From Guillardia theta CCMP2712 (taxonomy: Eukaryota; Protista; Cryptophyta), in NCBI RefSeq assembly GCF_000315625.1, contig NW_005434611.1:259698-323697 (forward strand): a stretch of 64,000 nucleotides of DNA, read 5' to 3'. The position numbers and the translations under genes were made by a program. Every line of letters starts with the position of its first letter. Within the stretch, counting starts at the first letter, position 1. Below are positions 1-13,500 of the stretch, piece by piece. Under the pieces are notes generated by a model. That model was not told the DNA's origin, made no database searches, and was given only the letters and a program-made list of their open reading frames with translations.

Positions 1-1298
1 GAAGACAGACCAGCTGCCACCCAAAGATCCAGACATTTTCATCAATCAGCTTTTCCCCCGGGGTCTCAGGGTAATTTAGGCCCCCCTCCCTCTTCCATCT
101 TCCTCCTTTCCTTTTCCATCCCTCCTTTCTCCTCCTCCTCCTCCTCCTCCTCCTCCTCCTCCCCTGCCTCCCTCCGCCCTCCGCCCTCCTCCGCCCTCTA
201 TTCTCCTCCACCCTCCTCCTCCTCCTCCTCCTCTCTTCCCGCTTGTTACATCGAGCCTCTCACCTCTTTCCCACTTGCTCCTTACACTCCAGCCCCGTCC
301 ATCCTTCCTCGCACTTGCAGGTTCCCTTGAGCCCGCACATGCCCTGCCGCATCATGTCAGGTCAGTAGGAGGAGAGCGCCAGTCCCTACATGTCCCGAGC
401 AGATGTTGGATGCTCCTCCTGGGCATTCCTGCATGTCTCATGAGCTAAAATATCACCAGCCCTCCTCTCTCCTTCTCCTCGTGCTGCACCTACTGCTCCA
501 GCTTCTCCTATTGCTCGTGCACCTCCTCCTCCTCCTCCTCCTCCTCCTCCTCCTCCACCTCTCCTCACCTTCTCGCACATCTCTCCCCAGTACCCTGCAT
601 CGCATCGACACTTTCCATCCCGCGTGCAGGAGCCGAACCCAGAGCAGAACATCCCTTCCTGCATTTCCAATCTCTCAGCAGCAGCAGGTAGGACCCCTCC
701 TTCACAGACCTTATTCAGGCCAGGACAAGGGGTGCTGCATGCTTGGCCAGACCACCCTGGCTCACACTTGCAAGTCTCTCCAGCCTCTCCTGACAAGCAT
801 CGCCCATGGCCAGAGCACTCGTTGTTCTCTCCACAGGGACCTCCCGACTCCCTCCTCCTTGAGCGCGACGATGAATGACTTTCACCGAAATCTTACAGGA
901 GGATGTCAGAGCGAAAAAGAAATCGAAACAGCAGCACATGTCATATGTCATACATGATACAACAAATGCTACATACAGAAGACATCTCATACAAATACCA
1001 TACACATGCCATACACATACTATACACATACTATACAACATTTCAGGCGCAGATCATGACATAGTATCGTCACATCATACTGTCGGTTGCAAGCACCATC
1101 GCAACTTTCATCGAAACTTTCACCGGAACTTTCATCGAAACTTTCAAGCACATCGATCTTGAAACAGCTCAGAATGATCCCTCTCACCTCCAACCATCTG
1201 CCTCAACTCGCAAGCTTCCCCTGAAAATCCCTTCTGGCACAAACACTTGCCGTCCTGTTCATCCGTGAGACACGGAAGAGAAGAGACCGAGTTTTGAG

Positions 1299-1332
<34 letters not shown>

Positions 1333-2412
1333 AAAGAGAAAGACGGGAAGAGGGAGCAAGGCGAAGTTGGCAGAGAGAGGAGGGAGAAGGGAGGAAAGAA
1401 CAAAGAAAGCAACCTCCAAGCAGACTCCCCGATCATTGCAGTTTCCTCCTCCAGGACTGCGATTACCGCAAGTTATGACAAGTCAAGGCAGGACAGGACA
1501 GGACAAGTCTCACCATTGTATCTCACAAAACTTGCCCACAAATCCATTCTTGCATTTACATCCCTTGTCTCCGTCAAGACAAAATCCCTTGCCGGAGCAC
1601 TCGATATTCTCCCCGGGAGCGACACACTCCCTACCCCGAGGCTGCAGCAGCATCAACCACCAGGTCGCAACCTTCACGTTGCCTCCTCCTACCTGTACGA
1701 CAGACGAAGTCGGCTGGGAGGAGGAGAGCGGAGCAGCAGGGGGAGAAGCTGACGAGGCGGACTGAGCTTGACGGGTCAAGATCGGAGCCGAGGGAGCAGA
1801 CGGAGATGCCCGCTCGTTGCTCGTCTGCTGTACGTTCTGCACCCCTTGAGCTGGGGACAGGAGAGAAGACAGGAACCCTTGAGACCTTGGAGCTCCTTCC
1901 CTGACTGGCTGCTGCGCGGCTGTAGGAGGAGGACTTTCAGGTTTGACTGTTGGGATCACATTCGGAGGCATGTGTTGAGGTCTGTTAGCAGCAGCGCTCT
2001 CCCTGCTGACAGAGCTCATGCTCTGCTCCTTGGCCTGCATTCTAGCTTGCTCCCTCGCTTGCTCCCTCGCTTGCATGATCGCCGCTTCCCGCGCCCCCAC
2101 CTGCGATGGAGAAGGTTGCAAGGAGTTCTGCAGGTGGAGCTCAGGAGGAAGGAGAGCAAGTTCGAGCACAAACCGGAGCGAGGGAGGAGCCAGCAGCAGA
2201 CGCCATGCTCTGCAGAGAGCGGATCACACCACTAGCTACCTCAGAACGCACCTCACCTCCTTGAACCCCCCTGCCACCTGCGAACTCTTTTGACCCCTGC
2301 ACTCCTCGTCACAAACACGAAGCCAGGAGCTCGGCATGGACGCAAAGCTCCTCGCTCATGTGAAGTACCAATTTGTGTCGCCGTTGGCTGATAGAAGAAC
2401 CAGGTAGACCAT
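1..2412 (-). CDS. EGF-like (tenascin-type) repeat membrane protein with a Pro/Ser/Gln-rich N-terminal region; multi-exon, 3' end runs off the window, start approximate
   Basis: Repeated EGF Cys patterns in successive exons: CSGKGFCLDGDKGCKCKNGFVGKFCE, DGKCLCQKGFSGEACE, CSGHGRC..CKCEPGWSGQAC, CSGFGSCTRDGKCRCDAGYWGEMCE, GMCGLKGTCKCEEGWTGLEC. A hydrophobic stretch VWIFGWQLVCL begins at the window edge. Exons are joined by GT-AG introns. Confidence 0.8.
1097..1146. repeat. 12-bp tandem repeat (CAYCGNAACTTT) x4, intronic
   Basis: catcgcaacttt catcgaaacttt caccggaacttt catcgaaacttt, inside an intron of the EGF gene. Confidence 0.85.
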
Positions 2413-2829
2413 GAGAGCTGTGCGATCAGATCAAACTTTCATGCACGACCGATGGAAACTCTACGAATCCGTGCAATCTTTTCTATGCATGCACGACTCT
2501 GAGAGCGCAGGGCTGATTACCCTCTAGATGTGAATTTTCTGTCTCATCAGCTTTCACATACACACGCAACTCTCATATCCATTGAGCATCGCGCCCTCTA
2601 AGATAAGGGGAAGTGCTGATAACGAACCGCTCTAGATCTGACCCTTCACCAAGCGCCATGCCCACTCTTCTACAGTGACATGGAAGGGTTGGTAGCTTTG
2701 TTCAGCTTCCTACATGCAGTACCTTTCGCCCTCTTCCTCTCCTCCTCCTCCTCCTCATTCACTCACCTCTCGCCCATGTTGCGCTTCCCCTGGCCGCCAT
2801 GCCACGCCGACACCCCCAGCACATCCTCG

Positions 2830-3407
2830 CGGATACTCACGGATAATCACTCGGATACACTATCGGATACTTTTCCGGATACCGTAAGTCCGACTCATGA
2901 GTCCGAGTCATGGCATCACATTCAACGGTCACGGTTGACTCACTGCCACGGCCCTGAGAGTTACTCCGACGTATCGCTCAGTTACTGAGAACTAACTGAT
3001 CCTTTACTAAGCAGCTTATATCTCTCTCGCCAGAATCTCTGACTAGTATACGTATGCCCAAGACAAAGATTTCCTGACTCAACGGCTTTCATTGAATGAT
3101 GATCACGGGGCCGTGGCAGCACTGGCTGCCGCGCACCGTGGCACAGCCCGATCACAGGCTTTATCGGAGGCTTCGTCATGATTCATCTCACACTGTGTTA
3201 CCGTCACCATCAGGGTCGAAATATTTCAATGTGAGCCCGGCTCAGCGGCTGCCAGCGCCGCCGCCGGGGGCGGACTTGCAGACGAAGTGATCACACTGAC
3301 CTACAAACCCGCCTCAACAGAAGTCTAGCCGAAAGGAAGAGGCAGCGAAAACCGCTAGTTACGGCTTACTCATCCCGCGGATACCGTCACGGATACCTCA
3401 CGGATAC
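2830..3407. promoter_or_regulatory. Divergent-promoter island with CGGATA(C) clusters and TGACTCA/GACTCATGAGTC motifs
   Basis: CGGATA at 2830, 2840, 2852, 2864, 2876 and at 3378, 3390, 3401; palindrome GACTCATGAGTC at 2892-2903; TGACTCA at 2936 and 3075. Lies between the starts of the EGF gene (-) and the RCC1 gene (+). Confidence 0.5.
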
Positions 3408-3958
3408 CTGGACGATGACCCCTGGTGAAAAGTGTCGCTCCGGTAGGAACTCGCCGGGTTGCCCAGTGCTGATATCCAGGGGGTCGGGTACATCTACCTA
3501 CCCTGACTTTAGTACGAGAAAAGCAGATCTCAGACCGGGTCAAGGGGTGGCCGAAGTGTAGAAGGGTACCTACAGAAGGGGTGGGTAAGCCGAAGATTGA
3601 AGCCAAATGTCGTGTTGGAGGAAATGAGAAAGGGCAGGATAACAATAGGATGGGAGCAGGGAGCGAAGTGGAATGAGGAAGGGAGTAACGAGAATCTGGG
3701 AAGGAGAAGTATCATGACTGTTTGCAAAGATGTGAAGAGTTTGAAGGCAGTGACGTGAATTGTCATTGGGTTGTTGTGCAAAGTGTTTTGCTGCTTCGAA
3801 TACTGTTTCTGGAGAGTTTGTTTGTTGCATCAGTCAGAAAAAGAACCATTCAATTCGTTGCCCAAGAAATTCAACTTCTATGTGTTCAACACTCTTGTGA
3901 TCTGATTCTGTCCTGATGATTAACTTGGCAGCCGTATCAGGCATCCTCCAAGTTTAGG

Positions 3959-6900
3959 ATGGCGGAGGAGAACTTGCTTGTCCGCCCGATCGGGTCGTCG
4001 GTGGACGTCGGTTGGGAGGATGGAGCTCCTCGCGCACTCAGCAAGGATGCCAAGAGCGTGCTGGAAGGAAGCATCTTGCGCGTGACGGAGTCAAGGCTGT
4101 CAGGAAGGCAACCCCGTCCCAGAAGCAAGAATGCTCCTAAGCCGAACCTGATCATCAATTATCAAGATGTGCCGAGAAATCAGATGGACAACATTGATCT
4201 TGATCCCGTCAATCTTGAAGAGCTTGTCTTGCAAAATGCAGAAGCTATGAAGCAGTTCGAATACCTCGAAAAGTCACTCATTAGCTTCAAGAGTCATTCC
4301 CATGATCAGGCTTTCAACTTGCGTCATACAGGTCGTATGATGTTGCAGAGCATGGAGATGTAGTCGTGACGATCTCGTTACAGGTAAATCGAAAGAGGAT
4401 GTGGCAGCTCAAGACATTGTTGTCCCCGCCAGCACGGCAGACAAGCGCAAAGAACGCCTCACGGAAAAGCATGCCAAGCAGAAGGCACCGCCGATGTATC
4501 CAGATGTCTTGAGCACTCACTCCTCTGCGATGAACCCCTTGGGTAACGTGTACGCCGAGGGAGATCCTGAGTACCAAGACAAGCACCTTCAACCGCTTGA
4601 CCCGATCATTGTTGAAGGGGACGGATATCTCTATGGCATCAAAAGTGCTCAGATTGTAGAACTCAAAGAAGAAGTGCGCGGCAATGATTTCTTTGCTATC
4701 TTCAGCGGACCCTCACATTCAGTGGCTCTCACCGCAGCAGGGCAGGTGCTGCTCCTCCTCATGCTCGCAGCATGCGCGCGTTGACTGTCGCACAGGTGTT
4801 CTCTTGGGGAGCGAACGACATGCGACAGCTGGGCTACTCCGGTGCCGAGGAGGGGATCCTCGGGATTGACATGGAGGCGAAGACGGTGCTGGACATGCAG
4901 GGGCACATCGCGATCACTGCAGCCTGCGGAAGGCATCACACCATCGTCATCACTGAGAGCGGTCAGATCTGGAGTTGGGGAGCCTTGACGCATGGCCAGC
5001 TCGGCATCGGGGAGGTCACCAAGGAGAAGTATCCCAACGGATACGTGAACACGCCCGTCAGAATATCTTCACTTGACACGCAGTCGCCACGGGCGGTGGC
5101 TTGCGGGTACTTCCACAGCGTGGTGATCGATGGCAGTGGGGACCTCTGGTCCTTCGGGTCCTCAGAGAACTTCGCGCACGGGCATGACTCCCAGTTCGAC
5201 ATCCCCCACCCCCAGATCCTCCAGTCCATTCATGGTTTGTACACCTACCCCTGCCTTCAAGCCCATGCTCTGACATCCCCGCCCTGTCACTCTAGGTCAA
5301 GATTTCAGACAAATCGCTTGCGGTGCTTCTCACACCATCGCTCTGACGGCTCAGGGTCACATGTACGTGTGGGGAAACAACAAACACGGACAGCTTGGTC
5401 TCGGAGACGTCAAGAACAGGAAGGAGCCGACCCTCAACACCAACATGTCCTCGCGAGGGATTCGAAAGATCTCCTGCGGTGAGAATCACAGCGCGTTCCT
5501 TTCAGACAGGTGAAGGACTTGAAGCTCCCCCCTCCCCCCTCTAACGTAGGCTGAACAGAGATGTCTTCACCTTCGGCGACGGCTCTGAAGGTGCTCTCGG
5601 TCACGGGAACGCTAAGTCGCAACTCGTTCCGAAGCACGTCATCAAGCTGACAGAGGAGTGTCGCCTGCGAGATCTTGAGTGCGGCCCCAAGTACACGGTA
5701 CGAGAGTCGGCAGAAGCTCTAGAGCTCAAGTGTGCTTCAGGTGGCTCTGTCGGATCTCGGTCAGATGTACTTCTGGGGGAACATGCGGTCGACATCTGGA
5801 AAGGGTCAGAAGAACGTGTTCAACATGCCCCGACGCTTCAAAGGGCTCGAGGCCATCTACGGCATCTCCTGCGGCGATCACGAGATCACCGCCCTGGTTC
5901 GGATTCCCATCCCTCCTCCTCTGGAGCACAAGTTCAAGGCAGGAATCTTCATCGAAGACACTGGTAAGTCAGCAAGTGCCTGGCCCAACAAGTCACTCCT
6001 GCTCGCCAGGCTTCGGAGTCGTCGAGGGCTACATAGGACGAGCGTGCTCGTGGGGCAGAGGCTCAGATGGCAAGCTGGGACATGGGGCCGGGGGTCTCAC
6101 CCAGTCTAACCTCGACACTCCGTTCCCAATCTACGGCCCCCTGCACAACTACTCCATCACGGTCGTGGCCTGCGGTCAAGATCACTCGGGATGCATTACA
6201 GATGACGGGAAGATATTCACTTGGGGGTCGAACAAAGAAGGTCAACTTGGGCTCAATGACTACAAGCCCAGACCTCAACCGACTCCGATTGAGACTGTAA
6301 CTCCTTTCTGAACGCTTTCATCTCACTCATGCAATCTTGTTTCCAGTGCATAGACCCTGACGTTCCGCGCCTCAAGACCGCCAAGAACAAAATCTTCGTC
6401 AACTTAATCATGGGAGACTGGCATTGCATCGCCATCACCAACAAGAAGAAGGTTGTTCCTTCGTACTTGCCTTGCGACTGTCTGAAAGCCCTTCTTCCAG
6501 GTCTACTCCTGGGGTAAGAACAAGTACGGTCAGCTGGGCCTAGGCCATACCAACAATGTTCCCCTCCCGACCGGCATCCTCTCCTTGTCCGATCCCTTGA
6601 ACCGTAAGAACGTTCGCAGCATCGGGGCCGGCAAGAGTCACTCTGCGGTCATCGCTGAGGATGGTGACGTGTACACCTGGGGAAGGGGGTGGGAAGGGCA
6701 GCTGGGGCACGACGTGGTCACGGAGATCGAGCTGGAGCCGCACATTGTGCCCAAGATGGAGAACAGAGGGTCTAGTGCTGTGGCTTGCGGGAGAAACCAC
6801 ACAGTAGTCGTCACCGACAACGGCTTGATCTATACTTGGGGTGAAAACAAAGCCGGTCAACTAGGGACGGGAGACCTCAAGTCCTCCAACTCTCCAGTCT

Positions 6901-9900
6901 TGATCGAGTCCCTAGAGGAGCAAGAGATGATCTCCATAGCGTGCGGCAGCGAGCACAGCATTGCTGTCTCCATCGCCAACGAGGTGTACGGGTGGGGCAG
7001 CGGCGTGTATGATCAACTAGGTCTTGGAACTCTGGGCATCTTCCCGAAGCCTCAGCGCATTCCAGGCCTGACGGTACCTCCCGCTTATGTCGAGCGACCC
7101 TCTGAAGTGCTTGGCAGGCTGTCCCAAGGATCAAGCAGATCGTCTGCGGCAACAGAAGCACAGCAGCCATCGGCAACGACGAGACAGCCTACCTGCTGGG
7201 AGCTTGGAAGGGCATCACCGACCACGTGCAGTCCAAGGTAGAGAAACTTGCTGGGCCCTCAGTCCGGGTGTCTACTAAAGGCACCACACCTGACGTACTC
7301 GAGATGCCCATCGGCATCGAGGCCATCAAGGGGATCGCGCTGAGTGAGAGCCATGGGATGGTGATCGGAGTGGAGCAAGACAAACAAGGGCTGATCCAAA
7401 AGCGCCTCGACTTCGAGCGAACAGAAATCATCAAGTCGACTGCAATCAATCGGCAGGAATCTGTCTCAGGCAAGTCGAGCAAGAAGTTCAAACAACGGCA
7501 GCTGGTTCAACCCTTCATCATGCATGGTCACGGCGGCGACCCCTTCCCTGATGAGCTGGAGGATCTCGACATGCACGTTGAGGTCGAGGCTGCGCAGATC
7601 AACAGCGTGTACAGCGAGTCTGTGAGAGACGCCGAGAGCAGCCGCGATGACAGGTCCGACATGCACAGCGTAGATGGTCACAGTGTCAGGAGTGGGACGA
7701 GCAAGAGAAGCGGAACGACGGGAATCAGCACAGTAGCTTCCTCCAAGGACGCTGAGTCTGCGGCAGAGGCACGCTCCGTGATTGCAACGCACGCCAACGA
7801 GTTGGGGCACTCGACCATGGGAGTGATCGTGACGTGGGGTAACAACAGCCATGGCCAGCTCGGCCTCTGCGAAAGCTCCGACTCGGAGAAATCTTTTCAG
7901 CTCCGGCACACGATGACAAAGTGGTTCAAGTCACTTGTCAGCGAGAGGGGCGACAAGGTTCCAGCTAGGGCCCCCAAGCGCAGGATCGCCATCCCCCCGA
8001 CCCCCCTGCACGGGTCCAGCTCTGCGTTGAACCTGCCTAGCGTGCTCTCGATAGCCTGCGGAGAGTTCCATACGGTAGCGATCTGTATCGAAGGCACGAT
8101 CTGGTCGTGGGGGAGGAACCAGTGCGGGCAGCTGGGGCATGGCAACACCAAGACGTGTTACTTCCCGACGCAAGTGGTGGGGATGGCGAAGAAGATCTGC
8201 ATCAGAGCTGCCTGCGGGGGCCAGCACACCCTCGTCCTCACGGATGCCAACAAGATCTACGCCTGGGGGAGCAACGCCTACGGCCAGCTGGGGTTGAACA
8301 GGAGCGACAAGGCTGTGCTGCAGCCAGACATCGTTGACCACCTCCGACGCAGCGGCGCCTGTCACGTGCTCTGTGGGTACAGTCACTCGATGGCTCTCAT
8401 GAAGAACGAGCAGATCTACACGTGGGGGCGCAACGACTGCGGGCAGCTCGGCCTCGGGCACTATACCCACTCGCCCGTGCCTGAGCTCGTGACTGCCTTG
8501 CGCTCCGTGCGCGTCCAGCAGATCGCGTGCGGGTACGATCACTGCGTCGCGTTTGTGGCGGATGAAGTGGAGCCAGGCATGCCTCCTCTGGAGCATGTCT
8601 ACTCGTGGGGCCGCGGCGAAGAAGGGCAGCTCGGTCACAACGAGCTGCTCAGTCGGTGCACCCCCAGGATCGTGGAAGCGCTGGAGGCGAGGGGCATCCG
8701 AGCGATCAACGCCGGAGGGTTCAGCAGCATCGCCCTCGACGAAGCGCGTCAGGTGAAGTTTGACAGGGCGGTTGGAGGACAGGAGGATGACGACTGTGCA
8801 GGTGTACACGTGGGGAGACAGCCGGGATGGTCAGCTGGGGCACGGGGACGAGACGTCGCTGCACACGCCGAGCATCGTGAAGGCGCCGATCTTGGAGGAC
8901 AGCATCCAGAAAGACGCCAACGAGACCTTCCGCTCGAGGTCCATCTTCGTCGGGCCCAACTACATGATCAGCCAGGTAGCCACTCCCTGCATCCTGCTCA
9001 TCCCCAGCCTCCCGATTCCCCTCAGCCTGCTGCTTCTCCCCATCCTCCTGCTGCCCTGCTACTGCTGCTGCTACTGCCTCTCCTGCTGCCTGCCCTCCCC
9101 CCCCCCCACCCCCCCAACATGCTCTTGCCTCTCCTCCTGTTCCTCTTCCTGCCCCTCAGGCTCCCGCTGCTCTCTCAAATTCGCGCAGGGTCTGGACGCG
9201 GACAAGGAGAAGATGGTAGACCCGATGAACGACAAGGTGCCTCTCGACAAGTACTCGTGGGGCTGCAACTCCCACGGGCAGGTAGGCCGCCCCTGCTGCT
9301 CGAGAGCTGGGCAGCTGACTTCTGGAGCAGCTGGGGATGCCGTTCTACAACGGGATCCGGAGGAAGAAGGGGAAGTTCCTCAACGTTCCGGAACGAGTGC
9401 CGTTCTTGAGCAAGTGGACGATCCGGGAGATGGCGGGAGGGCTGGAGCACGTGGCTACCATCTTCGAGGTGAGCACAAACCCCAAGTCAGGGCGGACGAT
9501 CGAGGACCTCAACACGGACCTCAAGAGCCTGGCGACCGGGGAGTTTGAGGAGGACCAGCACGGACACGACGAGGTGGACGTGGACGCGGACGACCTGTCA
9601 GACCACGAGCTGGGAGGTCTGAACGAGCTCAAGAACTATGGCGAAGACGACTTTGAGAGCTCCAGTGACGAGGACGAGAATGAGAAGTTGTACTTTCCGA
9701 AGCAGGCAAGCTCATCACAGAAGTTTCGGTATTTTCATGGTTCCTCTGACCTGCTCCTCTCCTCCAGATCTTTCACAGGCTGCACTCTGCTGCTCCCATC
9801 ATCAAGAGGCTGGGCCTGTCCAAGTACTCGCACCTCTTCGAGGAGCAGAACGTCTCGCTGGAGACGCTGCTGGAGCTCAGGGAGGCCGACTTGTTCGAGA

Positions 9901-10473
9901 TGGGTAAGACAGCTTGGAGCCTGCTGGGGTTGCTGAGAACAATGCAATGCAAGGGGTCAACACGCTGGGAGCTCGACGACGCATCATGCGGACCATCTAC
10001 GTGAGCGAGTCGTGGGTTCAGGGGGGGGCTGACGGGAGAGCAGGAGCTGAGAAACGCCAGGGACATTTCGCATGCAGGCTTCGAGGAGGACGTAGGGAGC
10101 GACCGAGGGTGTTGCTGCTGCTCATGGTTGGCGCAGGAGTTCGAGCCCCCGACCTTCGAGCAGTCGGAGGTGGAGGGGAGGGCCCCGCTCAAGGACATGC
10201 ACGAGTTCCATGACGCGGACTTCTTGGACGAGAGGATCAGAGCCGAGCAGCTGGCGGACGGCAACGAAAAGGCACTCGCATTGTACAACGTCCCTGTGAG
10301 TCTCCTTGTGAACTCACGGAGGGGATGCTGAGCAAGAGGCAGGAGAACGAAGTTACCAACGGGCTCCCGCTTATAGGTACCCTCAACCTCCTTGTCTTTC
10401 TCATCGTTGTGTTTGTTCCTGATCGTGTGCAGGGATGGGGAAGCTGAATGTGCCCTTCATCACCTCAGCGTGA
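3959..10473 (+). CDS. Large RCC1-repeat (multiple beta-propeller) protein with a C-terminal SAM domain; multi-exon
   Basis: Many RCC1 repeats (e.g. ACGRHHTIVITESGQIWSWG..HGQLG; ACGEFHTVAICIEGTIWSWGRNQCGQLGHG; ACGGQHTLVLTDANKIYAWGSNAYGQLG). Spliced SAM-like segment IIKRLGLSKYSHLFEEQNVSLETLLELREADLFEMGVNTLGARRRIMRTI at about 9790-10000. The last exon ends ...NVPFITSA* at 10473. Confidence 0.88.
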
Positions 10474-10555
10474 AGACGACGAGCTCGATAGTCTTCAACC
10501 TATCGGAAGGAGAATATTACCCTGTATGAATTACATTCTAGTGGGACACTGTCAA

Positions 10556-13500
10556 TCACGTCTTACACTCTCTCTCCTCATGGAATGTCTCACAAGTCAC
10601 TCCCGCCTCCGAGTTGAACACTTCGTTCTCGTTGTTGGACTTCTGCTCCTTCAGCCTCTCCTGCAGCTTCTGCTGGATCCTCTGGTGGAGCATCTGCTGG
10701 GGGCTGACTCGGTCGACAGCTGCAGCAGCCAGCGCGGCAGCAGCAACCAGGTCAGCTGCCTCCTCCGCGCTTGACAGCGACTCTCCTCTGGAGTTGCTGA
10801 GCGCGTGATACTTGGCGCGCACTTCAGTCGTGCTGGAGTAGACGTGGGGAGACTTGAGCGAGGCCTGGAGACACTGAGCCGGTGGAAGCTGGACCCCGGC
10901 AGCCAAGGCTGCGACCATGGCGCTGGCAGCAGCTGCTCGAGAGGCAAGGCTTCCCAGCTGAGGAAGGAGAGAGTGCTCGAGGCGGATGAAGCGGATCTTG
11001 CCCTCACACGCCAGGATGCAGCAGGCCTCGTTGTGGGCGCCGCAGTAGCCCGAGGACGAGAAGATTGTCACCATCTGGCTGTGCTGCTGCACCTGGAAGC
11101 CTGTCTTCCTCACCTCGTGGGCCCTCACCAGGTAGCTCAGGTTGTACGTGTGCAGGAACCTCTCCAGCGCCTCTGCAGTGAACACGTGAGCTGTGCCCCG
11201 AGTAACGTTCAGCCCGAAGCCGCTGTTGTCGACCTTCTGGGCTGGCTCGCAGGTGGGAGGGGAAGGGTCGTTCCACATGAGGTCCCATGCTAGTTTGCAG
11301 CCCTGGGGCGAGGAGGGATCGGGAATAGGCAGGTCTCGAGGGATCTTGTTGATCTCGTTGATCAGCTCCGCCTGCCCTCCTGCTCCCGCAGCGCCTGGCA
11401 TGACGTCGGACGATGGGATCCCGCCATGAGCGCAGAAGATGCTGTTGTCCACTATTGCAGCGATGGGAAACGTGTCGAAGGCAAGGTTGACACTCTCCCA
11501 CACTTGACTCCCCAGCTCCTCTCCCAGCACCATCTCACACGACTGCTTGAAGCAGGGGTTGTACGCTGAGTAAGAGTTCTGCGATCGCATCTCATGGTTC
11601 CCTCGGAGCAGGACGATCTTGCCGGGGCAGAGAGCCTTCTGAGCGAGGAGGTAGGTGATAACCTCCAGGTTGTGCGCCCCTCTGTCCACGTAGTCCCCAA
11701 GGAAGAGGAAGTTTGCGGGGGATAGCGCCGGTCCTATCCTCCACAGAGCCTTCTCGAACGCAATGAGGTCCTGGTAGTTGCCGTGGAGGTCTCCGAGGAT
11801 GTAGCAGGGAGCCCGCACGTGCACGCACCTCGGCTCGGCGAGGCAGATCTTCCTCACGTCCCGCGCCACTGACTCGATGTACCTGGCCAGGAGAGACTTC
11901 TGCATCGGCCCCTGCACCCCCCAGCTGTACGCCGGCTTCTGCTTCTCGGGTAGGGGGAGCTCAAAGAAGCGCAGAGCCTCGAGCAGCTGGTTGGGAGCTG
12001 ACTGCATCTCGAACAAGGTTCCATCGCTGTTCTTCGTCACGCTCCTCCTCTGCGTGTCTAGGCCTGATGCCGCATGCCCGATGCCGCCTGCCGCTCCTTC
12101 AGGATCGAGCACGCGAAGATGCGGCGAGTCCATGGGGACAGGCGAGGCGGTTCCTCCAGTTGGCGTGTGCGGGCGAAGAGATCGAGGGGTGTGAGGCCCG
12201 GAGTAAGTTCCCGTGCCCGTGTGCTCGTCCCCATGAGAGTTGGAGCGGTAGGACCACAAGGACTCGAAGCGCTCGACGGTTCCCTGGTAGCGGTTGAGCT
12301 TCACTGTGTGAGAGGCGAGCTTCCATGGCGCCCGACGAGCCCCGAGGGTCTGCGAGGCGTCAGTCGAAGGCTTCCGCAGCACCCGCGAGTGACAAGAGGG
12401 GCATTCCACCATGGAGCTTGAGGGGGAGTTGAAAGGGGAGGAGAAGGAGGAGGAGGAGGAGGAGGAGATTGCAGGGTCCCTCTTGACTGAAGGCTCAGAC
12501 TGAGCTGAGGAAGGAACGTGCGCCTGCTCGGCAGGTCGTGAGTCTTGATTGGGGTCAAGGTGATGTTCTTGTTTCTGTCTCTTGTCATGCTTGTCATCTC
12601 CAGCATCGCTGTCGGATAGTGCGCGCTTCCCCTGCTGCTTCCCCTGCTCCTCTGACTTGGAAAGCTCCTCCACCTGAATGCACCTTTCAGGATCAGGAGC
12701 GCCTACGGTTGTGGGCAAACCTCAGCGACTTCGACGGGCCTTGCTTCGCTCTCCTTCCCCTCGCCATCGTCATGGGGCACGACGCTGTTCAACCTCGTGA
12801 AGACAACTTGAAGTTGCTCCTTCACATCGAAGGGCCTTAACTTCAGCTCCGGCCAGCTGCACCTGCGGGGGGCAGGGAAGGGAAGCGTGAGGGAAGGAAG
12901 GGATAGGTAGGAGGGTAACCTGTGGTTGTTGTCATGCTGCAAGGTGGTGGTGTCGCAGATGTTTGACTCTGATTCGACATGGTTGTCTGTTATAATCTCC
13001 ACAAGGACCTGCTCGTCTCCATCAGACCACAAACTCCTTCTTCTCCTCTCTCGACCTTGTCCCCGCCCTTGGCCACCAAGTCTCGCAACCGCCGTCTGAG
13101 GCCAACTTCGAGGTGCGTGACCTTCGAACCCATCATTCTTCTCTCTGACACATTTCATCCCCGTCCCCTGCTCACCTTGAGAGGCCCCTTCACAACGTAT
13201 ACCCAACTTTGCCGATTCTGCGAATCGATCTTTTCTTCTGCGTTTGCCTTGAATACAATGGTATCAGATGTACAACAGAGACAAAAATCGTTTCTTTAGT
13301 GTGATGTCCTGTGTTGTGAGCGATTGAAATTTTTGTGATGCCATGTATTGGTTTCAGTCTGCAGACCTTGGGGATGATCTTTCCGTTCAGCCTGACGATA
13401 GGGTAGGAGGTCCTAGGTTGACCGGAAGAAAGGCTACAACCATCGGTCTCTTCGCTCCCTTTCGGTGGCTGCGCAAAATTTCAGAAGGCAAGCCGGGAAA

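Noticed and set aside
1097-1146. TTC-N3-GAA repeats as STAT or heat-shock elements
   Set aside because: They are an intronic tandem duplication, and the spacing does not fit nGAAn arrays.
7931-8809. Long antisense ORFs opposite the RCC1, PPP, MTBD and AMT exons
   Set aside because: They are shadow frames of GC3-rich coding sequence with no recognisable domains.
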